NCBI GenBank assembly: GCA_050575255.1
Contig: JBNZDD010013684.1
Coordinates: 662,087-726,086 of the forward strand
From: Harriotta raleighana
Taxonomy: Eukaryota
Direction of reading: 5' to 3'
DNA length: 64,000 nucleotides
Shown: in pieces, positions 38,851 to 53,510 of the stretch
Position numbering within the stretch: position 1 is the first letter of the stretch
Layout: the number at the start of each line of letters is the position of its first letter
Notes under the pieces: generated by a model
Database searches by the model: none
Told to the model about the DNA's origin: nothing
What the model saw: the letters and a program-made list of their open reading frames with translations, nothing else
Position numbers and translations under genes: made by a program

Positions 38851-41275
38851 TATAAAGTTTGCATTTCCATAGAAATTCAGATAGATGAAAAGGCAACAAT
38901 TTAGTATGATGGGCTCCCCATAGTTTTAGAATTGCCATTGAGTATTCCATCAATGAATAAACTGAAATATCTCAACAGGAAGAAGTTTTACGATCATTGT
39001 GCACTTAGTATGTGACGCATACTAAAGAATAATATCAGTGTACATTACGTAGTTTCTATATTATGATTTGATTTGAGACTTCCAAAAATAGCTTTTGGTA
39101 GATAAAGGATATGGATTGTAACTCTGGATTTTAATACCAATGTGATTCAACAAATTGCAATAGAAACTAAATGCCTCTTGCAATAATAGCCTGCACACTT
39201 TGTACAGTATTTTAAAGCTCCGACTCAGATACTTTGACCATTCGGATGGTGTCCATTTAGGTAAACCAATGAACATGTTGAAGATTGAAGGACTGCACTG
39301 CAGACTGCACAGTTTAGCTATAGCCAGCACAGCCCATCAAGACATGAATAAGTTGCTGCTCATGATATCCAGATAGATGTAGGAATCTGTTAAATTAGAC
39401 GAAGACCAAAACAATGATGGGGACAGTCTGGCCGCATCTTTTCAGTAATGTTCTATCCTAGTATCCCTCATGATTATGTCTTGGGTTTAATCCTATGTCA
39501 GTATATTGAAATTGTCTCTTGAGACACATTGATTGTAACATACAGTATATTGCTCCCCATGGTTCTGCATGTGGATCAACATTTGTAATTACTCTTCAGC
39601 CTACAGCCTTAAATATCGACTTTAATAACTTAGCTGTCTTCTCTATATTCCCACTCAACCCCCAATTTTTTTAAGCGGAGTTGTTGGAATTATCTTCTTA
39701 CTGCTGCTGTCAGTTTCATCTTCAATCTCCAGTTTATAGCATTTCCAATCCGTTTACTGGTGCATCAACTGTCGCTTTTCACATAAGTTTTCAGATTGTT
39801 CCTAATGCCTTCTTTTCTTGAGTGTCCATTCTCAATCGACATCCTTCAACCCATCGTTTCAGATAAACGATGTTAATTCAAATCTATCAACCTGCAGATT
39901 GATTTAATAATAATCTAATAATAATCCTTGAATTTGATGTAGTGCCCTATTACGTTGTTGAGATGCCTCAAAGCACTTCACCGAAATGTAAAATTAATTG
40001 ATTGTATTTCGTGGGTGAAATTGGACATTTCCAGAATTTCCAATTTTATTTCAGATTCCAGTATTCATTTTCTTTTATTTCTCCAATTGTATGTCTCCTT
40101 ATGAAAAGTATCCATAGCAACTAATTAAAAATGAAGCCGAATGAGCACACCACTTCTACAACGGTGGTAATATTTAAATGGAAATTTGATCAACCCTTGA
40201 AGAGGACAAATAAAAAAGGATATGGGAAAGAGCAGGGAATTGTAATGAGTGGTGTTTGCTCTATTGGTGAAGTTAGCACACACTTAACCTTAATGGGCTG
40301 AATAGCCTCTACCTAGGCTGTAATTTCTATTATTCTTTTCAACCTCTTGCTTTTTTTATTTTCTGGCTTTACTTTTGTGGTTGACTCATTTGATAGCACT
40401 CTCACCTCTAGGTAAAAAGGTTGTAGATTCAAATCAAATGTCAAACTTAATATCATAGTTCTCATAATATATATAATACACAAACTAAATCATTTGTAGT
40501 ACAAAAATATATGAATTTATTGATATATCTGTCTTATCAAATGTGAGTCCTTACAGATCTTTCAACCATCTATGACTACCTTATTTATCTATATATATAT
40601 CTCTCTCTCGTTGCTTTGCTTCTAATACTACTGATCTACTTGGTTAAATTGGCGAGAAGAATAGAATCAGAGATAGTCCTTAATTGTTGAGCCATTGTTC
40701 AAGGCTTTGCACCTATGAACAGATTTGTAGACCATTATAATGTGCAACGATTGCCTATAATTCACTTATTCTCCTGTAACATTTAGCCCTTTCAGCTTTA
40801 AACTATTACAGTGTATAAAGCTAATATACAATGACAACAATCTGCATTTATGTGGCACCTTTCACACTTAACAGCGGTGTGGTTTGTGACCAAGCTGTAA
40901 AGAGAGGGGAAGTGACCAAAGGGCGGTCAAAAAGAAAATTATTTTGATGTGATTTGAAGTGGGCAAAGCAAGTCCCAAGATAGAAGAAGTGAAGCAGTGG
41001 GTTCCAGAGATTTGGGCTAGTGGCTAATCTACCTCATGTACCACAATATATAAAGTCATAGGAGATACTTTTAGCAATGTAATGTTACTTTACCATCCAT
41101 ATACTCTAAAGGAAAGGAGAGTGATCCTGCTGTTGCCACCCCAAATTTACCATCTGGCTTCTGCTGCATTCTCAGCCCTGATTTAGTGTAATCCACCAAT
41201 GTATATATGAGAGGAAGGATATGGAGAGGTAGGTGTATTAGGATAGATAGTGGACATGTAAACTATAAACACTAA

Positions 41276-43012
41276 TGTCTCCAGTCCTACGAGGAAGGAA
41301 GCATTGCTGGATCTTGTCCTGGGAAATGAATAGGTCAGGTTGAATAGGTTTCGGTAGGGGAGTATCTGGGTAACAGTGACCATAATATTATTAGATTTAG
41401 ATTAATCATGAACAGGGATAAACTACAGTCAAGGGTGAAAATGCTTGACTGGAAAAGGGCTAATTTTTATGGGCTAAAAAGGGACCTAGAGTTGGTGGAC
41501 TAGCAAGTAAGATTGGCAGGTAAAACGACTCATGAGCAATGGGAGATCTTCAAAGATATGATTGCTCAAGGTCTAATTAGATATATTCCCACAAAAGGGA
41601 AATGTGCGACAACCAAGCCAGCCTGGATGACCAGGGATATTCTTTCTAGGATGAAAAAGAAGACGGCGTACGACAATTGGAAGACGCAAGATACTGAGGA
41701 TAGCAAAGCGCATTATAGAGAATGCAGGAATATCTTAAAAGAATGTCAATTGATCTTAAAAGAGTGATAAGACAGGCTAAAAGATTGCATGAGAAGAGTT
41801 TAGTGGGGAACATAAAGGGGAATCCAAAAATACTTTATAAGCACATAAAGAAAAAAAGGTTAGTTAAAGGTAGGATGGGGCCAATCAAAGACAATGACGG
41901 CAATCTTGTTGTGGAGGCGCAGGGCATGGCTGATGTACTGAACGAGTACTTTGCACCTGTCTTCACAACGGAAATGGATGCCCCAAATGCCGCAGTATTG
42001 GATGAGAGGGTAGAGGAAATAGATCAGATTAATATAGACAGAGAGGAAGTTCTGAAAAGATTGACTGGGCTCAAAATTGACAAGTCACCAGGACCAGATG
42101 GGTTTCACCCAAGGTTGCTGTGGGAGATACAGGTTCAAATAGCGGAGGCTTTGGCCATTATATTTCAATCTTCATTGGACACAGGAGTGGTGCCAAGAGA
42201 CTGGAGAGTGGCTAATGTTAGCCCCCTCTATAAAAAGGGGCAGAAAGACAAACTCGGAAATTACAGGTCAGTCAGCCTTACTTCGGTAATAGGAAAACTA
42301 CTGGAGACCATAATCCAGGACAGAATAAATCTCTATTTAAAGGAACACGAGATAATTGGAGACAGCCAACATGGATTTGTTAAAGGCAAATCTTGCCTAA
42401 CAAATCTAATAGAATTTTTTGAAGAGGTGACTGCGAGGGTTGGTGAGGGAAATGCGGTGGACCTTATTTATATGGATTTCAAAAAGGCTTTTGACACAGT
42501 ACCGCATAAGAGATTAATAAAAAAAATTAGAGACCGACGGTATCAAGGGAACAGTGGCAGTTTGGATTAAGAACTGGCTGAGTGACAGAAAGCAGAAGAT
42601 GGTGGTTAATGGGTGTTTCTCGAAATAGAAGGAGGTGTGCAGTGGTGTACCCCAGGGATCGGTATTGGGACCACTGCTCTTTCTAATATATATTAATGAT
42701 CTGGACTTGGGCATAGAGAGCACTATTTCCAAGTTTGCAGATGATACAAAGTTAGGTAGGGTAGTAAATAGTGAGGAGGACTGTAACCAACTGCAAGCAG
42801 ACATACACAGAATGGTGGAATGGGCTGACATGTGGCAGATGGATTTCAATGTGGATAAGTGTGAGGTCATACACTTAGGTAGGAAAAATGATAGGAGGCA
42901 ATATAGTCTTGGTAGCTCAATCTTAAGCAGGGTGAACGTACAGAGAGATCTAGGTATTCAAGTAAGCGAATCATTAAAGGTAGCAGGGCAGGTAGATAAG
43001 GCAATAAAAAAG
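41276..43012 (+). mobile_element. Relatively young CR1 ORF2 fragment (endonuclease end plus RT), running into the gap
   Basis: GNSDHNII; KSPGPDGFHP, NYRSVSLTS, QHGFVKGKSCLTNL, YMDFKKAFDTVPH, SGVPQGSVLGPLLF, KFADDTK; few disablements. Confidence 0.95.
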
Positions 43013-43298
43013 NNNNNNNNNNNNNNNNNNNNNNNNNNNNNNNNNNNNNNNNNNNNNNNNNNNNNNNNNNNNNNNNNNNNNNNNNNNNNNNNNNNNNNNN
43101 NNNNNNNNNNNNNNNNNNNNNNNNNNNNNNNNNNNNNNNNNNNNNNNNNNNNNNNNNNNNNNNNNNNNNNNNNNNNNNNNNNNNNNNNNNNNNNNNNNNN
43201 NNNNNNNNNNNNNNNNNNNNNNNNNNNNNNNNNNNNNNNNNNNNNNNNNNNNNNNNNNNNNNNNNNNNNNNNNNNNNNNNNNNNNNNNNNNNNNNNNN
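43013..43298. other. Assembly gap (286 N), followed by a MITE right TIR (43299-43318 plus TA)
   Basis: N run, then ggataaacaggcttttactg|ta. Confidence 0.95.
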
Positions 43299-43925
43299 GG
43301 ATAAACAGGCTTTTACTGTATAAATATATTCAGTTCCTAATCACTTTGCTTAAAAGAACTGCATAGAGTGATATGGCATAGAAACAGGCCATTTGACCAA
43401 CTAATCTGTCAGTGTTAAAACTCCAAATGAGCCCCACCTCCTATCTCTCTATTGCCTCTGCATGCTTTGGTAGATTACACCAAATCGAGACAAGGTCTAC
43501 AAATACATAAAACATAGGAAATTAAATATTTAATGTGGTTTAAGAGCATGGCCAGCTTTTAAAATGATCCTTAATTTATTTTTATTTATCTGTCTAAGAA
43601 CTTTTAATGGGTAATTTCTGAATGGAGCTTGAATCGATTCATATCCTGTGTTTCCACTGTTGATTCAGATTTATGTGTTGCCGAAACCCTCTTAGGCCCT
43701 GATGCAGTTCATTTTGCTCAACCTCAATTTATTACCTCAGAGAGCACCGTGGAAATTGCATAGTAAAATACTGATGTTGATTAAAATATTCGAAAAACTA
43801 ACAATTTCAAAATATACAGATTTTTGAGGACTGTGGAGTGGTGTGGCACTGTGAGCAGGAAGTGTTATTTACTGAATGTTATTAGCCAAATAAATTATGT
43901 TTAATTCATTCATTTTTTTTGCCAG

Positions 43926-44087
43926 CCTTTACAAAGGATAGAGAATGAAGTGGAGTTATTGGGGGAGCATCTCCCTGTTGGAGGTTTCACCTACCCTCCC
44001 TCACCACATCCTCCAACTCTGCCTCCATCTGGTCCACTCCAGTTCCTACCACATGATGCTCTTCACCAAGAGCTGCCCTTTGGAGTA
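43926..44087 (+). CDS. RNF38: RNF38 exon (162 nt, phase 0 to 0): PLQRIENEVELLGEHLPVGGFTYPPSPHPPTLPPSGPLQFLPHDALHQELPFGV
   Basis: ttttttttgccag acceptor; GTA|gtgagt donor; translated by hand, matches RNF38. Confidence 0.95.
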
Positions 44088-45299
44088 GTGAGTATTCAAC
44101 TGCTTCTATGTCTTATTTGTTTATGATATTTGATTGTTATTGCAAAGCATGTTCAAAATAGAAGTATGGTTGCCCATGGCAAGAACAAAGATTGGACAAT
44201 GAATCAGGTGTAATGTTTACTTTAAAATATTGTTTTGCACTATGAGAGGGATTATTGAACAAATGTCTTTCATACCATAAGTACTATTCCTGCTTCTTTC
44301 TAATCCACTCTCCACAATTTTCCACATCAGTGTTGTTTATGAGTGGAATTGACAAAAAGGCCAGCACATTGTGAGGTTCTGGAGCAGGGACTGATTTCTT
44401 CCTCTGTTTGTCCTCTGTTGCTTGTAGTTAATGTGATACAAATATCCAGACAATGTTCAACTATCAATGTAGAGTTCAAACATGTGTTTTGGAATATTTG
44501 AAGCAGTCAGGAAACAATACCAATTCTGATGAACAAGTTCTGATGTTACGTAGGTTTGCTGTTCTTCAAATGTAGAATAAGGGCACATTTAAAGAGATGA
44601 TTATCAACGATTTTTACTGGAAAATCTGTCTAAAAACATTCTTGTTCAAAATTATGTTTGTAAATTAATTTGATGACTTCTATTTGGAAAGCGAGACTAA
44701 AGATTTTATGCTAAAATTCTTTCCGATCTGATAGTAAGCTGTGTCAAACTCTTTAAATTGCTTATTTACGATATGTACAAATTACGTATAGATAAAATTT
44801 TATTTGAATTTCTTTGAAAATATGGTGTGCTCACGTTCAAATAGGATTCTGCCATTATACAGTACTCCATTTTTTTTCATAGGTGATTGCAAGAGGAAAT
44901 CTAGATGAATGCAATTAATTCTGTATTAGGTTGCATTCAGACTATTTGAATTAGTTTGACTGAAAATGGTCTTAAACATTTAAATGAAGAGAACATGAAT
45001 ACTTATTTAAAAAGTTCCAATTTACAAATGGTCCATTGTTTGCACACAAAAATAGTCTTTAGAAAATGTAGTTGCATAGAATTTTGATATGGAATATCTT
45101 AGAAAAACTTGCAATCCTCTATTAATGTTCCTCTATATTTCTTAGGATTGGTTCATTATCTTCAGAGTTAAAAAGTCACTGGGACATTGTCCATCTAGGA
45201 GTTTTATACTCCAGTCCCAGAAAGCATAAAAGCCATCCCAAGGACCAGTCAATCCTCAGTTCCTTTTCCCCCTATTCTATCCACTGAGCATTTCTACTC

Positions 45300-46070
45300 A
45301 ATTGTCTCAGCTGTTCATTCATATCCTGGAAGTCAATAAACGATATGTCAAATGCAGGATTTCACAAGATCACGGAAAGTTAATGCTTCATTCCATTTGC
45401 TCTCATCCTTCCAGAAAGCCAAACTTCCATCTCATCATTACTACCTCAATATGTTTCTTACAGGCTTCAAGCATTCTTTCTGGCACCTTATTCCAGATGT
45501 CTGCAAGTTTTAGTAAAATTTATCCTCTGTGTAAATAAGCAATTCCTGATATCAGTCCTGAAATGAGCCTTTACAACCCTCGCCCTGTTGGCTCTTTTCT
45601 TTGCTGCAATTGGTTTATTTAAAAATATTGTTATGGGTTTGATTTTTCAATCCCATTTAGCACTTTGCTGAGATTTTTCTTTGCAAGGCTGACAGCTCTT
45701 GCTTAACTTATGGTTCTTCGTAATTCACCCCTCTTATCCCTGGAGATCATCCTCATTCCTCTGTATTGCCTCTAGAGGCTGGGCAGATCCCTATGTTATG
45801 GCGATCAGAACTTCACATGCGGCCACATCACTACACTGTACAGCTTGAATTTGATTCTGACAATCTGAACTCAACTGATTTCGCAATATAGCCTAGCATC
45901 CATTTATCTTGGTAATCACCAACTCATGTTATTTTGACATGGTGAAGAACAATTCAACCAAATGGGTTTATTTCAGCTTCCACTTTAGCAAGTTCTATCA
46001 CATCTATGTGCCTCCTATTTTGCTTCCTTTATGCAGGACCTTGCATTTATCTGTATTGAACTGTCAACAC
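45300..46070 (-). mobile_element. Old CR1 3' fragment
   Basis: Reverse complement of CR1 post-RT text (accttgcatttatctgtattgaactg corresponds to QFNTDKCKV). Confidence 0.55.
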
Positions 46071-48479
46071 AGGATCATTTATTCCAAGAATATAGAGTAT
46101 TCATCATCGTCACCATGGGATGAATTATTTTAAGAGCATAGATAAAGGGGACAAGTTCTTGCATGACTTGGAAGAAAAATTCACACCCAAGCAATTCTTC
46201 CACACCCAAGAAATCACTAAGGCGACTTATGTTATCTTATGGTACTGAAGCATCTGCACTAGAAGGAATTGAGGAAGAGCGCATATTGATTACTTCAGGT
46301 GATCTCCAATAGATTTGCTTTCCTTAACCAGAACTTTCAGTTTAAGTGATTTGTTAATCAGCGCCATTGCACTGGTTGATATATCAGATCTGGAGGTACT
46401 ATTAGTTAGGACTTGTAAACATTGTTCTGAATTCTCTATATTCAAAGAATTTTACTAAAATTTGTAGGCCATTTAATGATAGATTGAGTTCTAGGTTAGC
46501 CCTGGACAACAATATGCCAGCTCATGATTTGAAATACTTCATTATGCATTCAGTGTCATCAGATAATATGGTTGGTTTATGTAGCTGTTTTAAATAAAGC
46601 TGTATGTTTTGGCCATGACTTCTGACAGCTTATTGAGTCTGATCTTGCGAATTTTTAGTACTGCTGTCTCCATTGTGCAAATTCTGCCTCAAATGGTTTA
46701 GCTAATGTACTGATAGATCTTGCTGGCTCAATTTCTTAAATTTTGTGATTCAAAAAGGAGGGTAGGGATTCAATGTCTTCCAAAATTCATGTCTTAATAT
46801 CCTGGGCAAATATCCTTTGACAAGTTTAATGCTTGATAGATAGCATTAAGTTTGGTGATTTGGTGCAGAAATTCTTCTCAGCAAAACAATCCTCAGAGAT
46901 CAAACATAGTTTGTTCTACAACATGGCTTTAGAGATTTGGCTTGCTTCACTAGCCAGTGTCACAAGTAACTCTTATGTTCATGCTTTGACTTGGCTTTGT
47001 AGTGTGGTCTTTCAAAGATATTCACTTCAGCATATTAGTCTTAAGGCAAACTTTAAATTGCAAGATGTCAACTACTGTATAATATTTTAGCACTGCAGTG
47101 ACCTTGCATTGTATAAGGTGTATAAAGCCTAAACAAGTACAAAATAAATTTAAGGTTACATGTTGGCTGTTTTTCTCTCAGGAAAATACTGTTCTCTGAT
47201 GTAGTTTTTAATCACATTTCTCGCTATACCTCACTCCTTTCCTCCTCCACACTGTTTGAGCTCTTATTCGAAATATTTCTAAATTAATATTTTTGAAATT
47301 GTTTCTCTATATAACCTAAATGACTGTGGTACTTCCTCTGTCGGAAAGAACTGAGGACAAGTCTTTGAGTGAGTTTATATGAAATGCAGTATGTGAGAGG
47401 GAGGCTATCACACAGTATATATGTTGGAGGGTATATGTTGAAAGAATGAGGACACTTCATCAAAGGTAGGTAATGTTTAGTTCTTATGTTTAGGTTTCCA
47501 TTCATTATTATGCGACAGTTTCATTAAAAAAAAATTACTTTTAAATTTACACTTTAAAAAATGTTTACATTTGCTTTTTATTGTTAAATAATATCATAAG
47601 CTAATTTTAACTTCAAAATATCTGTTTACCTAATGTCTTGAACTCGGGAAGTGTTATTAACTTCCATGTAATACACTCCACAAAAAAAATGAAACATGGG
47701 GATACTATATGTTGATTTTTTCTCTCTCTCTGAATGAAGTCCTTTTTCTCTTTTTGAAGCATCTTCCAAACTTTTAATTTTAGCTCATTTGTGCATGTGC
47801 AGTGTCAGAATTTTTTTAAATTTACAAGCACGCTCCATACATTGGTCCTTGCAAGATGGGTATTGACACCTCCTGTAAGAACTGTGCCCAACACTGGTAA
47901 CTCAGTTCTTTTCTCCCATCTGACAGTACTCGTTGGGTGTGTTACTCCTTGAATCTGTTGGGTTTTCACTGGAAGACTCCTTGCTGGTAGGCCAGTTCAT
48001 TTTGTTACTATATGTCCAAAACTCTTGACTTTACTGTGTTTTCCAAAAGAAAATTTAGAACTAGTCTTAATTTAAAAAAATTATTGGTTATCTTTTTTGT
48101 CCCTTTCTAGGAAATGTCTGATGGTTTCCATTTTAACCCTTCTGTTGCTCAAATCTTCCAGTGTATGGTTTGCCTGGGGGTTTGGTTTGCATCTCTGATA
48201 TCTGTATGGGGTTGAACTTGAAAGGGTGCACTGTAAGGATACTTTATGGCAGCTAACTATTAGAATAGGGAAACACTTCAGTCTCAGAAATATAAGGCAA
48301 ATTTCTTGGCAAGTTACCCCATTAATGTCAGACTTTGAGCTAACGTTGAAGATTTAACGTTGAAGATGTAAAAATCCATAAACTTTCTCAACATTTCTTC
48401 CCCTCTTTGTGGAGGTATCTCTTCCCTTTTGTCCACTAGTTAGTTTAGGTTACATGGCTTTTAGAAACCAAAACTTCTC

Positions 48480-49300
48480 AATGAAGACTGCATGGTTGAG
48501 ACATGTCCAGGTCATCACACCATTTCCTGAGATGTTCCTTAAGTAATTTTTTTACCAATATTTTAATACCAACTATATGGCATTGCTATTGGCTATTACA
48601 GCAAGACTATTTGTTCTGCTCTTTTTGGAGAATCGAATAGCTTGTTTCTTTTGACTCCCACCTGTAGATAGAAATGACATCATGGTATCAGTCTCTAGTT
48701 GCCTTTGTATAGCCAGCTGCCATAGGTTCTTCTTTATTTCCCTTTTATCCAATACATTACAGACTATTGGTCTGAATTTGCGATTCCTAAGTAAGTGGAT
48801 AAACATCCCTATAAAGATCCACTGACCTCAGAGGGATGAAGTTAAGCAAAATATCTAGTATGCGTTGATGAGCATTTCCCTTGCTTGAGATGTACAGTTA
48901 TGACTTTAGATATTTACACTCAAGAGGATCTCAAGACAATATTGCATATCTGGATTCAGGTTTTCTCATTGCTTTTTAAACTAAATGACACTTTGTGGTT
49001 AAGATCAGGAAGGCTGAGAAATGGAGGCTCATTACTCTCTCCATTTGTGCACCATTAAATGTGTCTAGAGTTTAGTCAGCTCTTCAAAAGCTTGTCATTG
49101 CCAGTCATACCAACATTGTTTTATTGGCTGGAAGTTTATGACTGGGTACATAGTTCAGTCACCATACTTCTAAAACAAGTTGTACATCCTTTCCATAAGC
49201 CACCTGTGGCAATTTGGCTGGAGGAAGGAGTTTCAAGTACCAAATATCCTTTGGAATTGGGTATAACATTTTCATTATTTCAACACTGAAAATCTTGTTT
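48480..49300 (-). mobile_element. Very old LINE (CR1-like) ORF2 remnant
   Basis: Decayed linker and RT-start-like text on the minus strand; heavily frameshifted. Confidence 0.4.
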
Positions 49301-51769
49301 CTTATCTATAAGATTATTGTAAAAGCAGGTTTTGAAATTATACAACAAAGGAATATTTTAAGGAGGTGATGCTTTATTATTACAATAAAGAGTTATTGAA
49401 GTTGTCCTATGTTCTAAAAAATGCTGCTTCAACTGAAACTCTACATCTAGTCACTCTGTTCCTTCTCTGGAATATTATCTGCCTTTGTGCTTACATTACC
49501 TTTCTGATCAAATTCTTATCTATAACGATGTGACCTTGAAGTTAGATTTTTTTCAATTCTCTCCTCCATAACTCCATCCTCAACACATACAAACTGTAGC
49601 CCATTTCCTCTCCTGAACTAAGTTCCAAACACTCATTATTCCACCACCACCAGACCTCACTTGAACCCAATAGCCCAGCAGTTAAACTTCAAAGGTTCTC
49701 ATCCATTGCTTTAAATTCCTTCACAGTTTGTCCCTTCCTAGCTATATACAAATGTACTGTATAATATACAATTGACTGTATATTTCATCCACAAAATATA
49801 GAGTCAATTCACTTTATAGTAGATTCTGTGAAATGTTTTGAGACTTCTCAAAGATGTAATAAGGTGCTGTCAATTACAGGGATTATTATTATATGAAGAA
49901 CTCCAGCCCTTTAAATACTTCTCCCAATGTTTAAATGTTCTGAGATGTTATCCATGTGAAGGGAGCTATATACAGTAAATGCAAGATGATATTGTTGTTT
50001 CCTCCAAGCCTCCAAATCTAGTTTACATCACAATTTCTTCAGATGTTCCACCCTCCTTCCCAGCTCAGTGGCAAAGCCTTTGGAACTCACCCCCAAATAT
50101 CCCTTCACCTTGCTCCGCTTCCTTGTTTAAGACCATTTTAAAAACTTAGCTCTTTGATTATATATTTGGTCAATATCTTTAATTCTCCTTTCTAGTGGTG
50201 CTTTGCCTATTGTGTGTGAGGCGTTTCAAAATATTACTCCACAACTTGAAAAGTACTATATAAGTAAACGTTGTTTTTGTGAGTATTTTGTAGTTCCAAG
50301 TTTAGCTGATTGCCTTATCAAAGAAAACTAAATTCATAACTAAGATGGAACAAATTCAAGATAGGCAATAAAGTGAACAAAGTGAACAAAATTATACTGC
50401 CAAAGATAGGTTTAACCCCAAAGGGCTCTCTCTAACAATAATATTTGAGATATGGTCACTGGTCACCAACTTGAATTGCTTGAACAAAATCGGATAGTAC
50501 TGCACATCTTGCTGGCCTCTTACTGGTATTGTATTGGGGTGGGAATCAAATTGTAGAATGGTGTTTCACTATAATGCAAATCAATGAAGTGTGAATCCTA
50601 AATTTTGCTTATATCAAAATGTATTACCAAATAGTCAATGCTTCAAGCATCACCAGCTCAAAAAATTAAAACCATTCAGGGCAGCTGGGTGCTGCTGATC
50701 TCACTAAATCAGCAATCTGATGACTTGGAAGTTGTCTTTGTTGCTTTTCTGTCAGTGTTTGAAGTCCCAGTTCTACTATTCACCTTTCTATCTGTATGCC
50801 ACTGAATGCAGAAACCTGACCAAGTGATATTGCTCCCATTTATATTTGAAATACCCCAATCACTCCAATATATTGAGGCTACACTGTAGTTGGCAGGCCA
50901 GTGCTATTTACTGAAATGCATACGACTGTAGTAACAAGTTTATTTTATGGTTTTTTTGCCCTTTAAAACAGTCACTTAGCCATCCATCTTTCATTGTATG
51001 CATTTGACATTGTATTCAAGTGCAGGGGAAAAAAAAGCCCCAAATGCTTCATCTCTGTGGAAGTCATACATTTTGAGATTCATTATAGAGTAAATCTAAA
51101 TATGTTTGACTAAGTGGGGGTAATAATAGAACTTCATTATTACTGATACGGAATAAATAATATGAAATAAAAATAATCCTTGCTTTTAATACAGTGCCTT
51201 TCACTTCAGGAGGACATCTCAAGAGGATTCACTGTAAAGTAATAGCTATGCATTTCTAGGCAAGTGTGGTAGCCCATTTGCACACAACAGTGTTTCCACA
51301 AACAACCATGAAATAAATGATCAATTGTAACTGAGGGATTGTTGGTCAGGACTCCAGTAGAAATTATATTTTCTTTTCAATTAATGCCATGGATCTTTCA
51401 GTGTTTCATCTGAAGGGTGGCACCTCTTACAATGCAGCACCCCAGCACTGCATTGGAGTATAAACCTGGACTTTGAGTTCAAAGCTTGACTTGAACCCAC
51501 AACCTTCTGACTCACAGTGCTTCCAACTGAGCCAAGCCATCAAAATATCTACAGAGGTTGCATCATCTCCATTTAGAATTAGACGCAGTAAAGTACAGTG
51601 AGCCAAATGTATTGTATAAAATTGTAATATTTTGTATGCATCAACTTCAGAACAGACGTTTATTATATAGGCTTTACCATAAATAGGTTGGAAGAATGAG
51701 CACTTAGGTGGCAGTTGGAGTTTTATATAAGAAAATGTGAAGTGATTCATTTTGGTTGGAAAATAAAGA

Positions 51770-53510
51770 ATTGACTTACCCTGGGTGGTAAGAACCTGAG
51801 AACGGAGGAGGAACAAAGCCATCCACAGTTCCAGATTCACAGACTGTAAAAATAGCAGCATAAGTGAACAAATCCATCAAGCATGCAAATGGAGTCTTTG
51901 GGTTTATGTCACGAGGAATAAATATAGCGTAGGGAAATAATGTTACATTTATTGGTTAGATCACATTTGGAGCACAAGGTCTAGTTCTGGTCATTATATT
52001 ACAAGATATTGTAGCATTGGAGAGAATACAGTGTAAATTTACAAGGATATACCAGGGATGAATGGATACAGCTACACAGCGAAGTGTGAAAAAAAATAGA
52101 GGTTAGAATTTTTCTCTGGAATTATAATAATATTATCCTTGCATAATAATATTATCCTTGCATTTGACATAGTGCCTTAACATGTCTTCCAGACTTTTCA
52201 AAGCGCTTCACAGAATATACTGTAAAGTGAATTGACTGTATATTTTATGGGTGACATACAACCAATTATGCAGTGTCCCACAAATAATCGTGGATTGGAT
52301 TTATATTATTATTTTTATTATCCGTGGAAATGTGATCCACCAATAGAGTATCAACCGGGTTCATACTTATTGTTAGGTAAATAGGCATGTGGAGTAAGGA
52401 AACTTGCCCATCGTTTCTCCCTGCCCAGGTATCGAACCCAGGTCCTCTTGTTTATGAGGCAAATTCTCTAACCACTACGTTACAGGAATTGAGGTGTTTG
52501 AGAGAGGACCTAAAAGGATTCAATTAGATAGATGTTGATTAGCTTCTTTCCAGTTGCTGGTGAATCCCAAACTACAGGACATCATTATAAGTTAGGTAGA
52601 AGTAGATTGTATGGGGAGTTTAGGAGGAAATACTTCACGCATAGGTTGGTGAGAATGTAGATTTCACTACTGGCAGCTGTAGTTAAAGCAAAAAGTAACC
52701 AATATATCCAAAGAAAAACTTGATGCAAACATGAGGGAACGGGGAATAGGAGTGGGGCTTATAAACACTATCACAGACTAGTTGGAAGAATGACCTATTT
52801 CTATTCCATATGGAGTAACTTTTTCTACTACTATATTTTCATACTATATAATTGTGAAAGGCAATACTCTCACTGACAATAAAATGGTCCCTGAGGGGTT
52901 GCTATGTTGCACAAAATCAGATAGGATGGCAAAGGTTGAACACATAGTTTTGCATGAGCGTCTACAATCAATCTATGTAAAAAAAAAGGCCAATGGGTCC
53001 TTGGCTTTAAATTCAGAAGGATAGAATATAAAAGTGAGAAAGTGATGTTGAATTTATACAAAACCTTGGTTGTACTACATCTGGAGTATTGTGTCTACTT
53101 CTGGTCTCCAAATTATAGGAAGGATATGGCGGCATGAACATACTAGTACAGCATAGGTTTATGCGGGTTCAACAAGGGCTGGTAGGATAGATTGGCTAGA
53201 TTAGGACTTTTTTACGTTAGAGATGTTTAAATGGGGACATAAATAGGCAGTTTTCACTTGTTGGGGAGTCTGTAATCAGGTATACAAATATAAGATAGTG
53301 AATAGAGGATCAAAAGAGAATTTAGAAAGAATTCACTACTACATGCAGAGGGAGAGATTGTGGAAATTGGTGGCTGGAGTGCTGATTGAATCAGATAGTA
53401 CGGTTGCATTTAAGATCAAGCTAGAAAGAGGGGAGTATAGGAGACTTGTGTAGAGTATAAACACTGTTCGAGTGACCAGTTTCCGTGTTATAGATTATTT
53501 GTAAATCTAT
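51770..53510 (+). mobile_element. Two degenerate CR1 3' fragments, the first interrupted by a minus-strand DeuSINE (52123-52488)
   Basis: HLEH...FWS...KFTR and LNLYKTLV...HLEYCVYFWSPNYRKD; SINE tail duplicated at about 52123-52165. Confidence 0.75.

Noticed and set aside
41722-43366. Long RT-like ORFs as a domesticated gene
   Set aside because: Ordinary CR1 ORF2 with stops and frameshifts; the second ORF is extended artificially through the N gap.
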